Sequence record: PZ452591.1
Length of the DNA: 64,000 bases
Strand: one strand, 5' to 3'
Source of the DNA: a phage
Of this stretch, positions 10,051 through 19,928 are shown piece after piece. How positions within the stretch are numbered: position 1 is the first letter of the stretch; each line of letters opens with the position of its first letter. A program made the position numbers and the translations under genes. The notes beneath the pieces were generated by a model. It did not search any database, was not told the origin of the DNA, and saw only the letters and a list, made by a program, of their open reading frames with translations.

Positions 10051-11864
10051 TGGTGTTTAACCCTATGCATGATTTCTTTATTTTTACCGAGATTAAATCC
10101 GCGTTCGTTCGGATTTCCCAAATAACCACATGTTCTTCTTATTGTGTTCATCTTTTTAGGATCAGTTTCTCCACAAATAGAACAAACAAATCCGTTTTCA
10201 GTAGGAGTCATTTCATGGGTACTTCCGCATGTAAAACATTTATCTACCGGCATGTTAACACCAAAATAATCTAAATGTTGTGCAGCATAATCCCATACGG
10301 CCTCAAGACCTTTTAAGTTATTTTTCATATCAGGAAGTTCAACATAAGAAATGTGACCACCTGTCGCAATGAAATGATATGGTGCTTCACGAGAAATCTT
10401 TTCAAACGGAGTAATATTTTCTTCTACTGAAACATGGAAACTGTTAGTGTACCAGCCTTTATCTGTAACATCTTTTACGCTTCCATATTTTTCTGTATCG
10501 AGTTTACAGAAGCGATAACAAAGGTTTTCAGCAGGAGTCGAATATAAACTAAAAGCAAATCCGGTTCTTTCAGTCCACTGTTTAAGATGAGCATTCATCT
10601 TAGTTAAAATTTCTTGTCCAATATCACGACCGACAAGAATATTCAATTCGTGAATACCAATGTATCCTAAAGACACTGAACTTCTACCGTTTTTAAATAA
10701 CTCAATTATGTCGTCATCAGGTTTAAGACGAACCCCAAATGCACCTTCTTGGTAAAGAATAGGAGCAACAGTAGCTTTAACTCCTTTTAAGGAACTAATT
10801 CTACACATCAAAGCTTCAAAACATAAATCCATTCGTTCATTGAACAATTCAACAAATTTCTGTTCATTGAACTGTGTTCCAATATAAGAATCTAACGCGA
10901 TGCGAGGAAGATTCAATGTTACAACACCAAGATTATTACGTCCATCAAGAATTTCATTGCCAGTCGAATCTTTCCATACGCCCAAGAAACTACGGCAACC
11001 CATTGGAGAAACAGGAACAGATGAACCAGTGATAGCTTTATTGTTCTTAGCTGAAATAATATCAGGATACATTCTTTTGCTTGCGCACTCTAAAGCAAGC
11101 TGCTTAATATCATAGTTCGGATCGTCTTTATAAAGATTAACACCTTCTTCAACGAACATAACAAGCTTAGGGAAAATAGGAGTTATCCCATCACGACCAA
11201 GACCTTTAATACGATTTTTCAGAATTGCTTTCTGAATCATTCGTTCAGTCCAGTCAGTTCCCGTACCAAATGTAATTGTTACAAAAGGAGTCTGTCCGTT
11301 TGAACTAAAGAGAGTATTTACTTCATATTCATAAGCTTGGAATGCATCGTATACGTCTTTTTCTGTTTTAGATTGAGCATAATTCAACGCATCAGCGATT
11401 TGCCATTTTTCTGCATCCTCAATATGTTTTGCATAGGTGCGTTTAACATAAGGAGAAAGTACTTTATCTACATTCGCAAAAGTCGTTCCGCCGTATTGGT
11501 GAGAAGCAACCTGTGCAGTAATTTGTGCCATAATTGCAGTAGCAACGCCAATTGATTTAGGAGTTTCAATCTGCGCATTACCGAGCTTAAATCCGTTCTC
11601 AAGCATTCCTTTTAAATCTACTAAACAGCAATTAGTAAATGGAAGAGCAGGGGAATAATCAATATCATGGAAATGAATAATTCCGCTTTCATGCGCTTTC
11701 ATAATAAAAGACGGGACCATATTTTTGGCAATGTGTTTAGACACAATACCAGCCATAAGGTCCCGTTGAGTTGGAAAAACACGAGAATCTTTATTAGCAT
11801 TCTCGTTTAAAAGGTCTTTATTAGTTTTATGAATCAATCCTTCAATTTCTTTTTCAATTGTCAT
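10047..11864 (-). CDS. nrdD: anaerobic ribonucleoside-triphosphate reductase NrdD (glycyl radical enzyme), uninterrupted
   Basis: 605 aa continuous ORF; C-terminal Zn-ribbon CFTCGSTHEM..CSICG and glycyl radical region RTCGYLG. Confidence 0.9.
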   Translation of the reverse strand: MTIEKEIEGLIHKTNKDLLNENANKDSRVFPTQRDLMAGIVSKHIAKNMVPSFIMKAHESGIIHFHDIDYSPALPFTNCCLVDLKGMLENGFKLGNAQIETPKSIGVATAIMAQITAQVASHQYGGTTFANVDKVLSPYVKRTYAKHIEDAEKWQIADALNYAQSKTEKDVYDAFQAYEYEVNTLFSSNGQTPFVTITFGTGTDWTERMIQKAILKNRIKGLGRDGITPIFPKLVMFVEEGVNLYKDDPNYDIKQLALECASKRMYPDIISAKNNKAITGSSVPVSPMGCRSFLGVWKDSTGNEILDGRNNLGVVTLNLPRIALDSYIGTQFNEQKFVELFNERMDLCFEALMCRISSLKGVKATVAPILYQEGAFGVRLKPDDDIIELFKNGRSSVSLGYIGIHELNILVGRDIGQEILTKMNAHLKQWTERTGFAFSLYSTPAENLCYRFCKLDTEKYGSVKDVTDKGWYTNSFHVSVEENITPFEKISREAPYHFIATGGHISYVELPDMKNNLKGLEAVWDYAAQHLDYFGVNMPVDKCFTCGSTHEMTPTENGFVCSICGETDPKKMNTIRRTCGYLGNPNERGFNLGKNKEIMHRVKHQ

Positions 11865-12334
11865 TTTAAACTCTTTCTAAGCTGCTTCTTGAATGAAGCT
11901 ATTAATTGTGTTTTGGTGTCAGATTCATTATATTCAAATCCTCTTTGAAGCATCTCGGCCATCATTTCCTCTTTTCCTAAACGAGAAAATTCCTTTGATT
12001 TATCTCCAACAAAGTTAGGGTGAATATTATTTTGGGTGTAATCGGATTTTAAGTAAGTAAGTAAATTTTCTAACCATTCAAGATAATCAACGCCTTGTCC
12101 CTTTAAGCCAGAACGATTAAATTTATGCTTCATTTGACCTTCTGCGGCATTGCATAAATTACAAAGCAATCCACGTACCTTTCCTGCTTTTGGTCCATTT
12201 AATTCATGGTCATGGTCGAGGTGATTAGCTTGAACATCAGGATTTAGTTCTCGTTGGCAAATTAAGCATTTACCGTTTTGTGCATCATAAAATTTTTGTT
12301 TTTCTTCTTTATATAATTTGCCAGTCAATAACAT
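11861..12334 (-). CDS. 49: endonuclease VII (Holliday junction resolvase) gp49
   Basis: 157 aa; matches T4 endo VII including Zn-binding Cys and HLDHDHE motif. Confidence 0.9.
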   Translation of the reverse strand: MLLTGKLYKEEKQKFYDAQNGKCLICQRELNPDVQANHLDHDHELNGPKAGKVRGLLCNLCNAAEGQMKHKFNRSGLKGQGVDYLEWLENLLTYLKSDYTQNNIHPNFVGDKSKEFSRLGKEEMMAEMLQRGFEYNESDTKTQLIASFKKQLRKSLK

Positions 12335-12375
12335 AATAAACCCTTACCTTAAATAGATAAGGGTATTTATTATTT

Positions 12376-12879
12376 TCAAGCATTGTAAAACATTTGATGC
12401 AATCGCTTATATTGCCGAATCATTCGGTCAGAAAAAGAAATTTGAGTTTCAAGCCATTCAATGTACTCTGCGGCAGCTTGCATTAAATTTCCTTCATAAC
12501 CATCGTTATTTTCTTGTGCAGCTAATTTAGCTAATGCGTATGAAATACGTTCACCTTGAAAATCGGCTTTAGGCTTCTGAACAACTTGATTAGTTCGCTC
12601 TACAACTTCTTCAATTTCGCCATTTTCGACTGATTCAGTATTCCACAAACACCAATACGTAATTGGCTTATCGTAGATGTTAATAATCTTTCCGTCGGAA
12701 AGTTCAATTTCAATAATTCCAGTATCAGGTTCTATATCATCTTCACATTCTTTTGCAAGTTCACGAACTTTAAAGACAGTACCTGCACTAAGTTCCGGCC
12801 AGTAATTACACAGCCCTGTATCAGCACGATTAATTCTAAACCACTTATCTACTGTAATCATGTCCCATCTCCATATCAA
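12376..12879 (-). CDS. pin: Pin-like protein (protease inhibitor locus); true start may be the internal Met MITVDKWF (161 aa)
   Basis: position between 49 and nrdC, and size, as T4 pin; sequence identity not verifiable from memory. Confidence 0.45.
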   Translation of the reverse strand: MIWRWDMITVDKWFRINRADTGLCNYWPELSAGTVFKVRELAKECEDDIEPDTGIIEIELSDGKIINIYDKPITYWCLWNTESVENGEIEEVVERTNQVVQKPKADFQGERISYALAKLAAQENNDGYEGNLMQAAAEYIEWLETQISFSDRMIRQYKRLHQMFYNA

Positions 12880-12984
12880 TTATGTCATTTATTGTAGGTT
12901 CATTATATACTGTTTCTTCATCAGTGTAAACCGGTTCTTCCGGCTCTGGCTCTACAGTTTCCCATCTAGCCGCCCACCAAGGTT

Positions 12985-13305
12985 TTATAGCGTAATCCAT
13001 TCTCGTACTGTCTGAGTTACTACACGTTCATGGGGCTCGACTAGTTCAACAGTCGGAACTGCATAATACCAGTCAGAATGATAAGAACCTGACCGAGATT
13101 CATTTACAGCCACATGTACATTATGTTTTGGACTAAAATAAACACACTGACGATATTGGCATTTACCATCTTGCACCCAGTCTTCTATTTCGATAGGTTT
13201 AAGATAGTCGGAAAAATCGAAATCATAGTTTTCCGAAAATGCATCATGGTCTTCGATGATTTCACTCAGAACTGCATCAACATCTAATTTATTTTCAATA
13301 GTCAT
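12985..13305 (-). CDS. hypothetical protein
   Basis: 106 aa acidic ORF. Confidence 0.45.
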   Translation of the reverse strand: MTIENKLDVDAVLSEIIEDHDAFSENYDFDFSDYLKPIEIEDWVQDGKCQYRQCVYFSPKHNVHVAVNESRSGSYHSDWYYAVPTVELVEPHERVVTQTVREWITL

Positions 13306-13316
13306 TTTTTCACCAA

Positions 13317-13526
13317 TTAATTTCGCAATTTATTAAGTTCTTCATAATCAATCCAGGATTCTAATCCTGATGGCAAATCAGATTCAATTTCCCACAGAAG
13401 TTCTTCAATTTTATGAAGACGATCTAATTCTTCAGCTGGAATAGTAACCATTGATGGAGCTCTTGATACACTAATATCGTAAATCATATTTACCCCAGTT
13501 TGACCATACAATCGCCGTATTTCCAC
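13317..13526 (-). CDS. hypothetical protein (likely starts at internal Met, 13317..13487)
   Basis: 69 aa track ORF; internal ATG sits 3 nt after upstream stop. Confidence 0.4.
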   Translation of the reverse strand: MEIRRLYGQTGVNMIYDISVSRAPSMVTIPAEELDRLHKIEELLWEIESDLPSGLESWIDYEELNKLRN

Positions 13527-13705
13527 TTAGAAATAGACTTTTCGCCGTTAGAATAATAAACTTCGAGTTTAGCACGATTATTTTTAATTTGAATAACCTT
13601 GGCTGTCATTAAAGTTCCATACCCATAGTAAACTGCAACTTCATCACCTACATATACCGCGCTTCCGCGGTAATCATGGATATAATCAGTTCCTTCGAGC
13701 ATCAT
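13490..13705 (-). CDS. hypothetical protein
   Basis: 71 aa ORF, ATGA overlap with nrdC. Confidence 0.45.
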   Translation of the reverse strand: MMLEGTDYIHDYRGSAVYVGDEVAVYYGYGTLMTAKVIQIKNNRAKLEVYYSNGEKSISKWKYGDCMVKLG

Positions 13706-13965
13706 TTAAAGTATTCCCGCAATTGGTCAAATCCACCAATATGACTTCCATCAGGAGCAAATACCTGAGGCATTGTCAAGCCAATTTGAGTATCACGACC
13801 TAGTTTAGTCAGAAGCTCAGCAATTTTCTCATCGTCAAAAACACCTTTTTCCGGCATAATGTTGATAAACTCAAACGGCTGTTTCTTCACGGTCAAAAGA
13901 CGTTTTGCATTATCGCAATACACACATTTATGGATGTTGCTATCATAACCATATACTTTAAACAT
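13702..13965 (-). CDS. nrdC: thioredoxin/glutaredoxin NrdC
   Basis: 87 aa; CVYC active site; matches T4 thioredoxin. Confidence 0.85.
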   Translation of the reverse strand: MFKVYGYDSNIHKCVYCDNAKRLLTVKKQPFEFINIMPEKGVFDDEKIAELLTKLGRDTQIGLTMPQVFAPDGSHIGGFDQLREYFK

Positions 13966-13966
13966 A

Positions 13967-14224
13967 TTATTCCTTAATTCCTAGTACTTGTTTAAAAGTC
14001 TCGTCGTAATCAAGACTTTGGCCCGTTTGTTCTTTATGTTTGTATATAATATCACTTACTTCTGATAGCATATTTTTATATGAACGAGTTAAAGCAGATT
14101 TAAGCACGCTGTATCTATCAGGAAATTTACCGTGTTCATTATAATAAGCTATTGCTAATTCACGGACTGCCTTTTCGGCAGTCTCCATATATTCTTTACG
14201 CTTGGTCATTTTCTTCTCGGTCAA
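13967..14224 (-). CDS. hypothetical protein (nrdC.1 position)
   Basis: 85 aa ORF. Confidence 0.5.
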
Positions 14225-14510
14225 ATCGGTGTTTACAATGGCGACATTTATAACGAAGATTATTAGTCTGCCAATGGACTAATTGCACCTGTTCAGTTCC
14301 ACATTCAGGGCAATTAGGAACGTTTTTAGAAGCACGTTCGCGGCGTTCAACCATGACCATTACAGAATCCCAATTAATAGGGCTGCTATAATCATCACAA
14401 CCATGAATCTTTCCACGCATTTCCAGATCGTCTTCTTCACCAGCCATAATAATTTTAATTAGACTAGAATTACTTGAAGCTGCAATGTCTTCTAATAGAC
14501 GCTTTTTCAT
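14196..14510 (-). CDS. zinc-ribbon protein (nrdC.2 position)
   Basis: 104 aa; CPECG..(x17)..CRHCKHRF four-Cys ribbon. Confidence 0.5.
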
Positions 14511-15436
14511 TTCAATACCTCAATAGCATTACGTAAACCATTTGCTTTTGCATTAAGAGCTTTTAACAATTTGGTGTGTTCTTCAATTTGGGCTTCAACT
14601 TCAATCAAACGAGCATTGAGATATTCACGTTCTTCGCTCAAGTTATCAACCTTTTCTACTTTAGGTTCTTTTACAACTGGCTTATACGTATTAGGGTTCT
14701 TCAGTTTAATTAGAATGCGTGAACTGTATAACATTGAACCATTATCTTCGGTTTCATCATACATTTCTACTACGTCCATGATTTTTAACATCATGCGAAG
14801 TTTATAAGACAACGAACGAATAGTTTTGTTGTGCTTATTAATTTCTCTAGCTGTCATGGTGCCGAGATTACGTGAGTAATAATAAGGAACCTGGATATTA
14901 ATTAATACTGATGAACCACCTGGCTTGTGTGTTACTTCATCAGCAATAACCCAGTCCTTAACATGAACTGTATTTGTACGGTCATCGCCCATGGTAAACA
15001 GTTTGCGAGCATGCTTAAAAAGCATATTCACTTGAGTATTGAATTGACAAGCAAATTTATCAGCAAATTTAGTTTCAGGAATGGTAGATAACCAATCAGC
15101 CAAATGGGTCTTTTTAACATCGTTAATAATAGTAAATTCAACCAAATCGGTTATAGATGTCGCAGATTTAATGAAGCTCGGCTTCATAAAGTTTTTAATG
15201 TTATCGCGAGCTACAGTAGAAGATAACATACGAGAACGTTTAAACCATTCAAGCAAATTGCCTAACGAATGAGAATAAGCGTTTTGAGTATCTTTACAGA
15301 TATGATTTTCCTGGCCAACATATTGAAGGAAATCACGAAGAATATTATTGATTACTGCTCTGTGCCCGATCTGATAATTACGGTGTTTAGTAATAAGACT
15401 GTCAAAATAATCAATATAATGTTTACGAGTTTTCAT
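14507..15436 (-). CDS. hypothetical protein with C-terminal coiled coil (nrdC.3 position)
   Basis: 309 aa; heptad-like C-terminus [42 protein letters not shown]. Confidence 0.55.
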   Translation of the reverse strand: MKTRKHYIDYFDSLITKHRNYQIGHRAVINNILRDFLQYVGQENHICKDTQNAYSHSLGNLLEWFKRSRMLSSTVARDNIKNFMKPSFIKSATSITDLVEFTIINDVKKTHLADWLSTIPETKFADKFACQFNTQVNMLFKHARKLFTMGDDRTNTVHVKDWVIADEVTHKPGGSSVLINIQVPYYYSRNLGTMTAREINKHNKTIRSLSYKLRMMLKIMDVVEMYDETEDNGSMLYSSRILIKLKNPNTYKPVVKEPKVEKVDNLSEEREYLNARLIEVEAQIEEHTKLLKALNAKANGLRNAIEVLK

Positions 15437-15488
15437 GTTCTTCTCACTTGGTTAATGGTTTATACTCCGAGCCATCCTTGGCTTTAAA

Positions 15489-16520
15489 TTACTTAATTAA
15501 CTGTAAAGCTTGTTCAAGACGATCCAGGCGATTAACAGATTCTTCCCAAATCCTTTTAGCCTGCTCATATTCTTTCTGTGCTTTATTAGAAATTTCTAGA
15601 ACTTCTTTATAAGCTTTTTCTAGTGCAATAACTTCTGGACGAATTTCTATCGGTTCAGGTGAATCGTCAAGACATTCCATTAGTTCCTCAAGGGTAGTTT
15701 CTTCTTTAGGAGTATTCACAATTTCATCACATTTTTGTTGGTAAATTTCTTTATCAGTCGGTGAGTACGCACACTTTACTTCACGAAGACTAACTACAAT
15801 TTTATATCCTTCCCAACCGCATATATTCTTAAAAGGATAAGTATGAATATTTTCTACTGTTTCCATACAAAGTAATGCAGTCTCTAACTGACGAGTTATA
15901 TCACTAGCAATTGAGAAAAATTTATTAATGTTCTTTTGATTAGCTTCTGGTGTAAAAAATTCATAATTCACAAAAATAGCTACTTTATTTTTATCAAGTT
16001 CATATTCTTTTATGATAATCATATCAGAAGCCAAAGGATGAATTTGACGATAATCGCCATAGCATAATTTAGAAGCTGATTTCAAAATTTGCTTCTTGAA
16101 AAGTCTAAAATTACTAACCCAACGACGAGTAAAAATATTCTCAGGGTCTTCTTTAATATTAAGATGATAAGAATTAACATCACCGAACCAATTGTATCCT
16201 ACTACATCTTTAGTTCGTTTAATTTCTTTCCCAAATTTACTAAGAATATCTTGATTAACTAAATATGAAAGAAGACGAGACCCTTTAAAGGTTTCCTTAA
16301 TATCATCTTTATCTGCACGACTAGAAATTTTATGAACTTCATGAATAAATTTGCTGGAAGAAACAATACTTGCATCAGTATTATTGAGCCATTGATTGAT
16401 AATGGAAATAACGCTATTCTGACTAGACATAGGTTTAACTTTATCATCAATAACGCTATTGAATGATTTGATATATTCGTTACGAGTCATATTAATCTCC
16501 TCAGTAGAAAGTAAGAACAT
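15489..16520 (-). CDS. hypothetical protein with C-terminal coiled coil (nrdC.4 position); true start probably Met11 at 16488-16490
   Basis: track ORF start overlaps the promoter -10; GAGGAG RBS precedes internal ATG; paralogous segment with next gene. Confidence 0.55.
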   Translation of the reverse strand: MFLLSTEEINMTRNEYIKSFNSVIDDKVKPMSSQNSVISIINQWLNNTDASIVSSSKFIHEVHKISSRADKDDIKETFKGSRLLSYLVNQDILSKFGKEIKRTKDVVGYNWFGDVNSYHLNIKEDPENIFTRRWVSNFRLFKKQILKSASKLCYGDYRQIHPLASDMIIIKEYELDKNKVAIFVNYEFFTPEANQKNINKFFSIASDITRQLETALLCMETVENIHTYPFKNICGWEGYKIVVSLREVKCAYSPTDKEIYQQKCDEIVNTPKEETTLEELMECLDDSPEPIEIRPEVIALEKAYKEVLEISNKAQKEYEQAKRIWEESVNRLDRLEQALQLIK

Positions 16521-16550
16521 TATACCACATCCTTGTGGCGAAGTAAACTA
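16517..16550 (-). promoter_or_regulatory. T4-type early promoter
   Basis: GTTTAC (16543-16548), 18-nt spacer, TGGTATAAT (-10 at 16519-16524). Confidence 0.6.
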
Positions 16551-17567
16551 GTTTAGTGCATTTAGTGCATTATTCAGTTTAGAACGTTGCTTTGCCAGAT
16601 TTTGAACCCTTGACTGAGCTTGTTCTAACACCTTTTCAGCTTCTAGCACTTCATTGGTCGCTTTAACGAGTTCATCATCTACTGCCTTGATAGACTTCTC
16701 AATCGCATCCGCGTGCCATTTTTCAACGGGTTTAAGACTCGGATTTTCAACAGGAAGAAAATTCACTTTATTGAATTTCCATGCATCTTTATTACCTGAA
16801 CTATACATCCAAAATTTAGGATCGTTTGATGAGTAATTAGATAAATTTAAGTTATCTTGCACTTCTTGCTTTTTCTCTTGCGGGACTTCGTCCTTTCTCA
16901 AAAAATCGTATTTAAATGAAACGACCATATCAAGTTCATATGTTGTTGTATGTTCCCAATTTCGCTCAAAACGAGGTAAAATCTTAGAATGAACAGCGGC
17001 AACAACATCCATATACTTAAATGCTTCTGTCAACTGCGATTTAAGGCATTCACAAATTGAAAGAGAATTTTTTGTATTAGGTTTAAAGCTAATTCGCGCA
17101 GTTCTATTATTTTCTTTTAATGGTCTTACTTCCATCTGAAGAGTATAACCATCAAATTTCAGGTTCTTTAAGTTAATGTCAGAACCTTTTAATCGACTAG
17201 CCGTCGACAAAATTTGCTTTAATTGTTTACGGAATAGAGCAATAAATCTCCATTCAATACGATAATGATTTGGATTGAAAAATCCAGATGATAAATCGAC
17301 CTTACTCTGACCAACACCTTGAACAAATAGAGGATTTTTATAATCAATAGTTTTACAGAAATCGGTGAGCTGCTCACGAGCAGTCATTTGTGTAATATAC
17401 CCCGCTTTACTAAAATGACGTAATAATTCACTGCTATTTAGATATTTAAAGTGAATAGCACGATTAACTTTATCAGGGTCTAAATTATTTTCACACAAAA
17501 ATGTCATAACATTACGAGTATCGCTGCCAGTACGAACCATATCTTCAATTTGAGAACGAGTTTTCAT
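16548..17567 (-). CDS. hypothetical protein with C-terminal coiled coil (nrdC.5 position)
   Basis: 339 aa; shares FRKQLKQILSTASRL-like segment with the 15489..16520 protein. Confidence 0.55.
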   Translation of the reverse strand: MKTRSQIEDMVRTGSDTRNVMTFLCENNLDPDKVNRAIHFKYLNSSELLRHFSKAGYITQMTAREQLTDFCKTIDYKNPLFVQGVGQSKVDLSSGFFNPNHYRIEWRFIALFRKQLKQILSTASRLKGSDINLKNLKFDGYTLQMEVRPLKENNRTARISFKPNTKNSLSICECLKSQLTEAFKYMDVVAAVHSKILPRFERNWEHTTTYELDMVVSFKYDFLRKDEVPQEKKQEVQDNLNLSNYSSNDPKFWMYSSGNKDAWKFNKVNFLPVENPSLKPVEKWHADAIEKSIKAVDDELVKATNEVLEAEKVLEQAQSRVQNLAKQRSKLNNALNALN

Positions 17568-17575
17568 GGTGTTCC

Positions 17576-18487
17576 TTAAGATTTAAGTAAATCAACAATT
17601 TTAATTAACTTTTCACGCTCAGATTTAGCTTTACTACTCAGTCCAGATAGTCTGAAAATTTCATCATCATATTGTTGAATAGAAATATTCAGCTCTTCAA
17701 TCTGTTTATTAAAATAATCAATTTGTTCAGAATGTTTTTCGTTACTACGAAATGGTACAGGTTTTGTAGGCAATTTAGTTGAATTGGATTCATCCGGGCG
17801 ATAAATTAAAATACAACTTGAACCAATCGGACATTTAGCACCAGATGAATATTCTAACGTTCCAGCTTCTTTTAAAACTTCAAAAGCTAAACAGAGATGA
17901 TGCCCCATATTAACATAATCAGTAGAGCGAGCTCTGACGTAATAATCATCTCCACGAGTGCTAAATTTAAAGCATTTAAGGTCTTCTGTATTATTAGTTT
18001 TAAAAATCATTTGTTTATCTAGACCTTTAGCCAATCGAGCGCCTAATGCTAATAATCGTCGTTGATTTTCCCACAAATCCGCAATCATTTGGTCAAATGA
18101 TAATTTCGGCATTAGTCGACCATAAAGGTCATATCCTTTATTATAATTGCGAAGGATTTCACTCGCGTTAATACGAGACAATGCTCCAATTTTATTAAGG
18201 GCTTTCATAATACGATTAGATAAACTCATTCCAGATCCGTTTGTTCGCTGCAAATGTTTATCTAATCCAAACCCAATATCAACTTTAAATTTATCTAAAA
18301 TTTCAGCATGAACATCTCTGTCAATAACATTCAAATCCAAAGTTGTGTTAAATCTATGAAAAAATTTATCTGGCTCTCCACGACGAAATACAGTCCATTC
18401 ATTCATCATTTTTTTATTAACTAAAGATTTAATTACTGCATTGACATTATTAATTACGACTGACATATTTTCCTCACTCAATTTCAA
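17576..18487 (-). CDS. hypothetical protein with C-terminal coiled coil (nrdC.6 position)
   Basis: 303 aa ORF; coiled-coil C-terminus. Confidence 0.55.
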   Translation of the reverse strand: MKLSEENMSVVINNVNAVIKSLVNKKMMNEWTVFRRGEPDKFFHRFNTTLDLNVIDRDVHAEILDKFKVDIGFGLDKHLQRTNGSGMSLSNRIMKALNKIGALSRINASEILRNYNKGYDLYGRLMPKLSFDQMIADLWENQRRLLALGARLAKGLDKQMIFKTNNTEDLKCFKFSTRGDDYYVRARSTDYVNMGHHLCLAFEVLKEAGTLEYSSGAKCPIGSSCILIYRPDESNSTKLPTKPVPFRSNEKHSEQIDYFNKQIEELNISIQQYDDEIFRLSGLSSKAKSEREKLIKIVDLLKS

Positions 18488-18881
18488 TTTTACTAAATAT
18501 ATAGAATAAGATGGAACAGACTATATAAGCACCACACACAGATTGAACTAATACCATTCCAAAGAACCAAATAATATTATCAAACAGTGTCTGTTTTACG
18601 TCGAAAGGACGTAAACTTACAGTAATATTATCGCCTTTTTCTATTGATGAATACATCTCTGGTGAAATATATTCGCTAAATCTATAACCGTCTTTGAGTT
18701 CATATACGGCAATAAACGATAAACTAGACCCCTTTCCTTGAGTTCCTGTAAGGGTATTAACTACAGTAACATCATAATCTTTATAATGCATATAATCATT
18801 AATTGCGTAATAACCATATGCAACTACTACACATAAACAACATATCAATAAATTCAATCTTTTAATTATCAACTGTTTCAT
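18474..18881 (-). CDS. membrane protein (N- and C-terminal TM segments)
   Basis: 135 aa; hydrophobic LLICCLCVVVAYGYY and IIWFFGMVLVQSVCGAYIVCSILFYIF. Confidence 0.5.
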   Translation of the reverse strand: MKQLIIKRLNLLICCLCVVVAYGYYAINDYMHYKDYDVTVVNTLTGTQGKGSSLSFIAVYELKDGYRFSEYISPEMYSSIEKGDNITVSLRPFDVKQTLFDNIIWFFGMVLVQSVCGAYIVCSILFYIFSKIEIE

Positions 18882-18936
18882 AATAATCTCAATTAAAAGG
18901 GCTTAGAACCATTATACCATCCTTGATATAAAGCGG

Positions 18937-19524
18937 TTATGCGAGTACCGTCTTTAACCGTTCTTCAAACTTCCGAAGAGTATTTTGGCGTTCAGCTCTT
19001 TGCTTTTTGTAAGTTTCAATACGCTCTGAAATGAGAGTGTATCGTTCATTTACTGATTCTTTCATAAAATCAGGAATTTCACGAGAAGCTTTAATCTCGT
19101 CAAATTTATCAATAACAGCTTGCTCTTCAGCAATTAAGTTATCATACATTAAAATATCTTTCTTGATGAACTCAATATCTTCTTGAGTTACGCGAGATAA
19201 TTTAGATGCTTTATCCTTTTTGTACTGTTCGTTAGTATCACGAGACCAGTGTAATGTACGATTTTTATTCGTATTTTTGTAAATTTCTACAATACCGATC
19301 TCATCAATAATAACGATCCAATTCCAACGGGATTTGTAAATTTGTCCTCCATCAACAGTGATTTCACCTCCGATTGAGATGTCATTAAAGAACTTGCTTT
19401 GTGCTTCAGATTTAAATTTACCATCGTTGTAATTTACCAGGTTGAAAATATCTTTAGCGTTCATTTTGTGTTCCTCCGTAGTTGATAGTTGTATAGTACC
19501 ACAGAGGAACAGTCTTGTAAACAA
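18937..19524 (-). CDS. hypothetical protein; true start probably MNAKDIF at 19462-19464
   Basis: track N-terminus overlaps promoter; GGAGG RBS before internal ATG. Confidence 0.5.
   Translation of the reverse strand: MFTRLFLCGTIQLSTTEEHKMNAKDIFNLVNYNDGKFKSEAQSKFFNDISIGGEITVDGGQIYKSRWNWIVIIDEIGIVEIYKNTNKNRTLHWSRDTNEQYKKDKASKLSRVTQEDIEFIKKDILMYDNLIAEEQAVIDKFDEIKASREIPDFMKESVNERYTLISERIETYKKQRAERQNTLRKFEERLKTVLA
19484..19501. repeat. conserved 18-mer GATAGTTGTATAGTACCA, copy 1 of 4 (also 20923-20940, 24512-24529, 36490-36507)
   Basis: exact 18-nt identity at four early-promoter -10 regions. Confidence 0.8.
19491..19524 (-). promoter_or_regulatory. T4-type early promoter carrying conserved 18-mer
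   Basis: GTTTAC (19517-19522), 18-nt spacer, TGGTACTAT (-10 at 19493-19498). Confidence 0.6.
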
Positions 19525-19839
19525 CTAAAAGAAACTTCTTTCACAATTTTTTCCACTGAACCACGCGCTCACTGCTTTCTTAGTCTCAGGAGCAGTGTTA
19601 TCCATAAACCATTCAAAAGCAGCCTTTTTATGATTCTGGAGGGCTTCTCGGGCTTTAATCTGCTCACGGTCTATTAACACTAACATATGAGCCTTTCTTG
19701 TCACCAGGGGCTTCTTATGATTTTTTGAATATTCCCAATCATTTGTCCATCGCATCGTTGTTGCGAATTGAAGTACAGCTTCTTTAATCTTAGTTTCGTA
19801 AATTTCACGAGCCTTTGAGTATAACACCATTACCTCCAT
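19525..19839 (-). CDS. hypothetical protein
   Basis: 104 aa ORF. Confidence 0.45.
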   Translation of the reverse strand: MEVMVLYSKAREIYETKIKEAVLQFATTMRWTNDWEYSKNHKKPLVTRKAHMLVLIDREQIKAREALQNHKKAAFEWFMDNTAPETKKAVSAWFSGKNCERSFF

Positions 19840-19928
19840 TTACCAGTTTAATTCTAGTCATCTTTTTAATGGCAGTCCATATAATCTATTTCTGAACTGC
19901 CTTTTTGTCATAGAAGTCCTCTTATGAA

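Noticed and set aside
16491-16520. Track N-terminal extensions that overlap promoter -10 elements (also 19465..19524, 20898..20915, 24493..24537)
   Set aside because: A start codon cannot lie inside its own promoter; in each case an internal ATG with a GGAG-type RBS lies just downstream.
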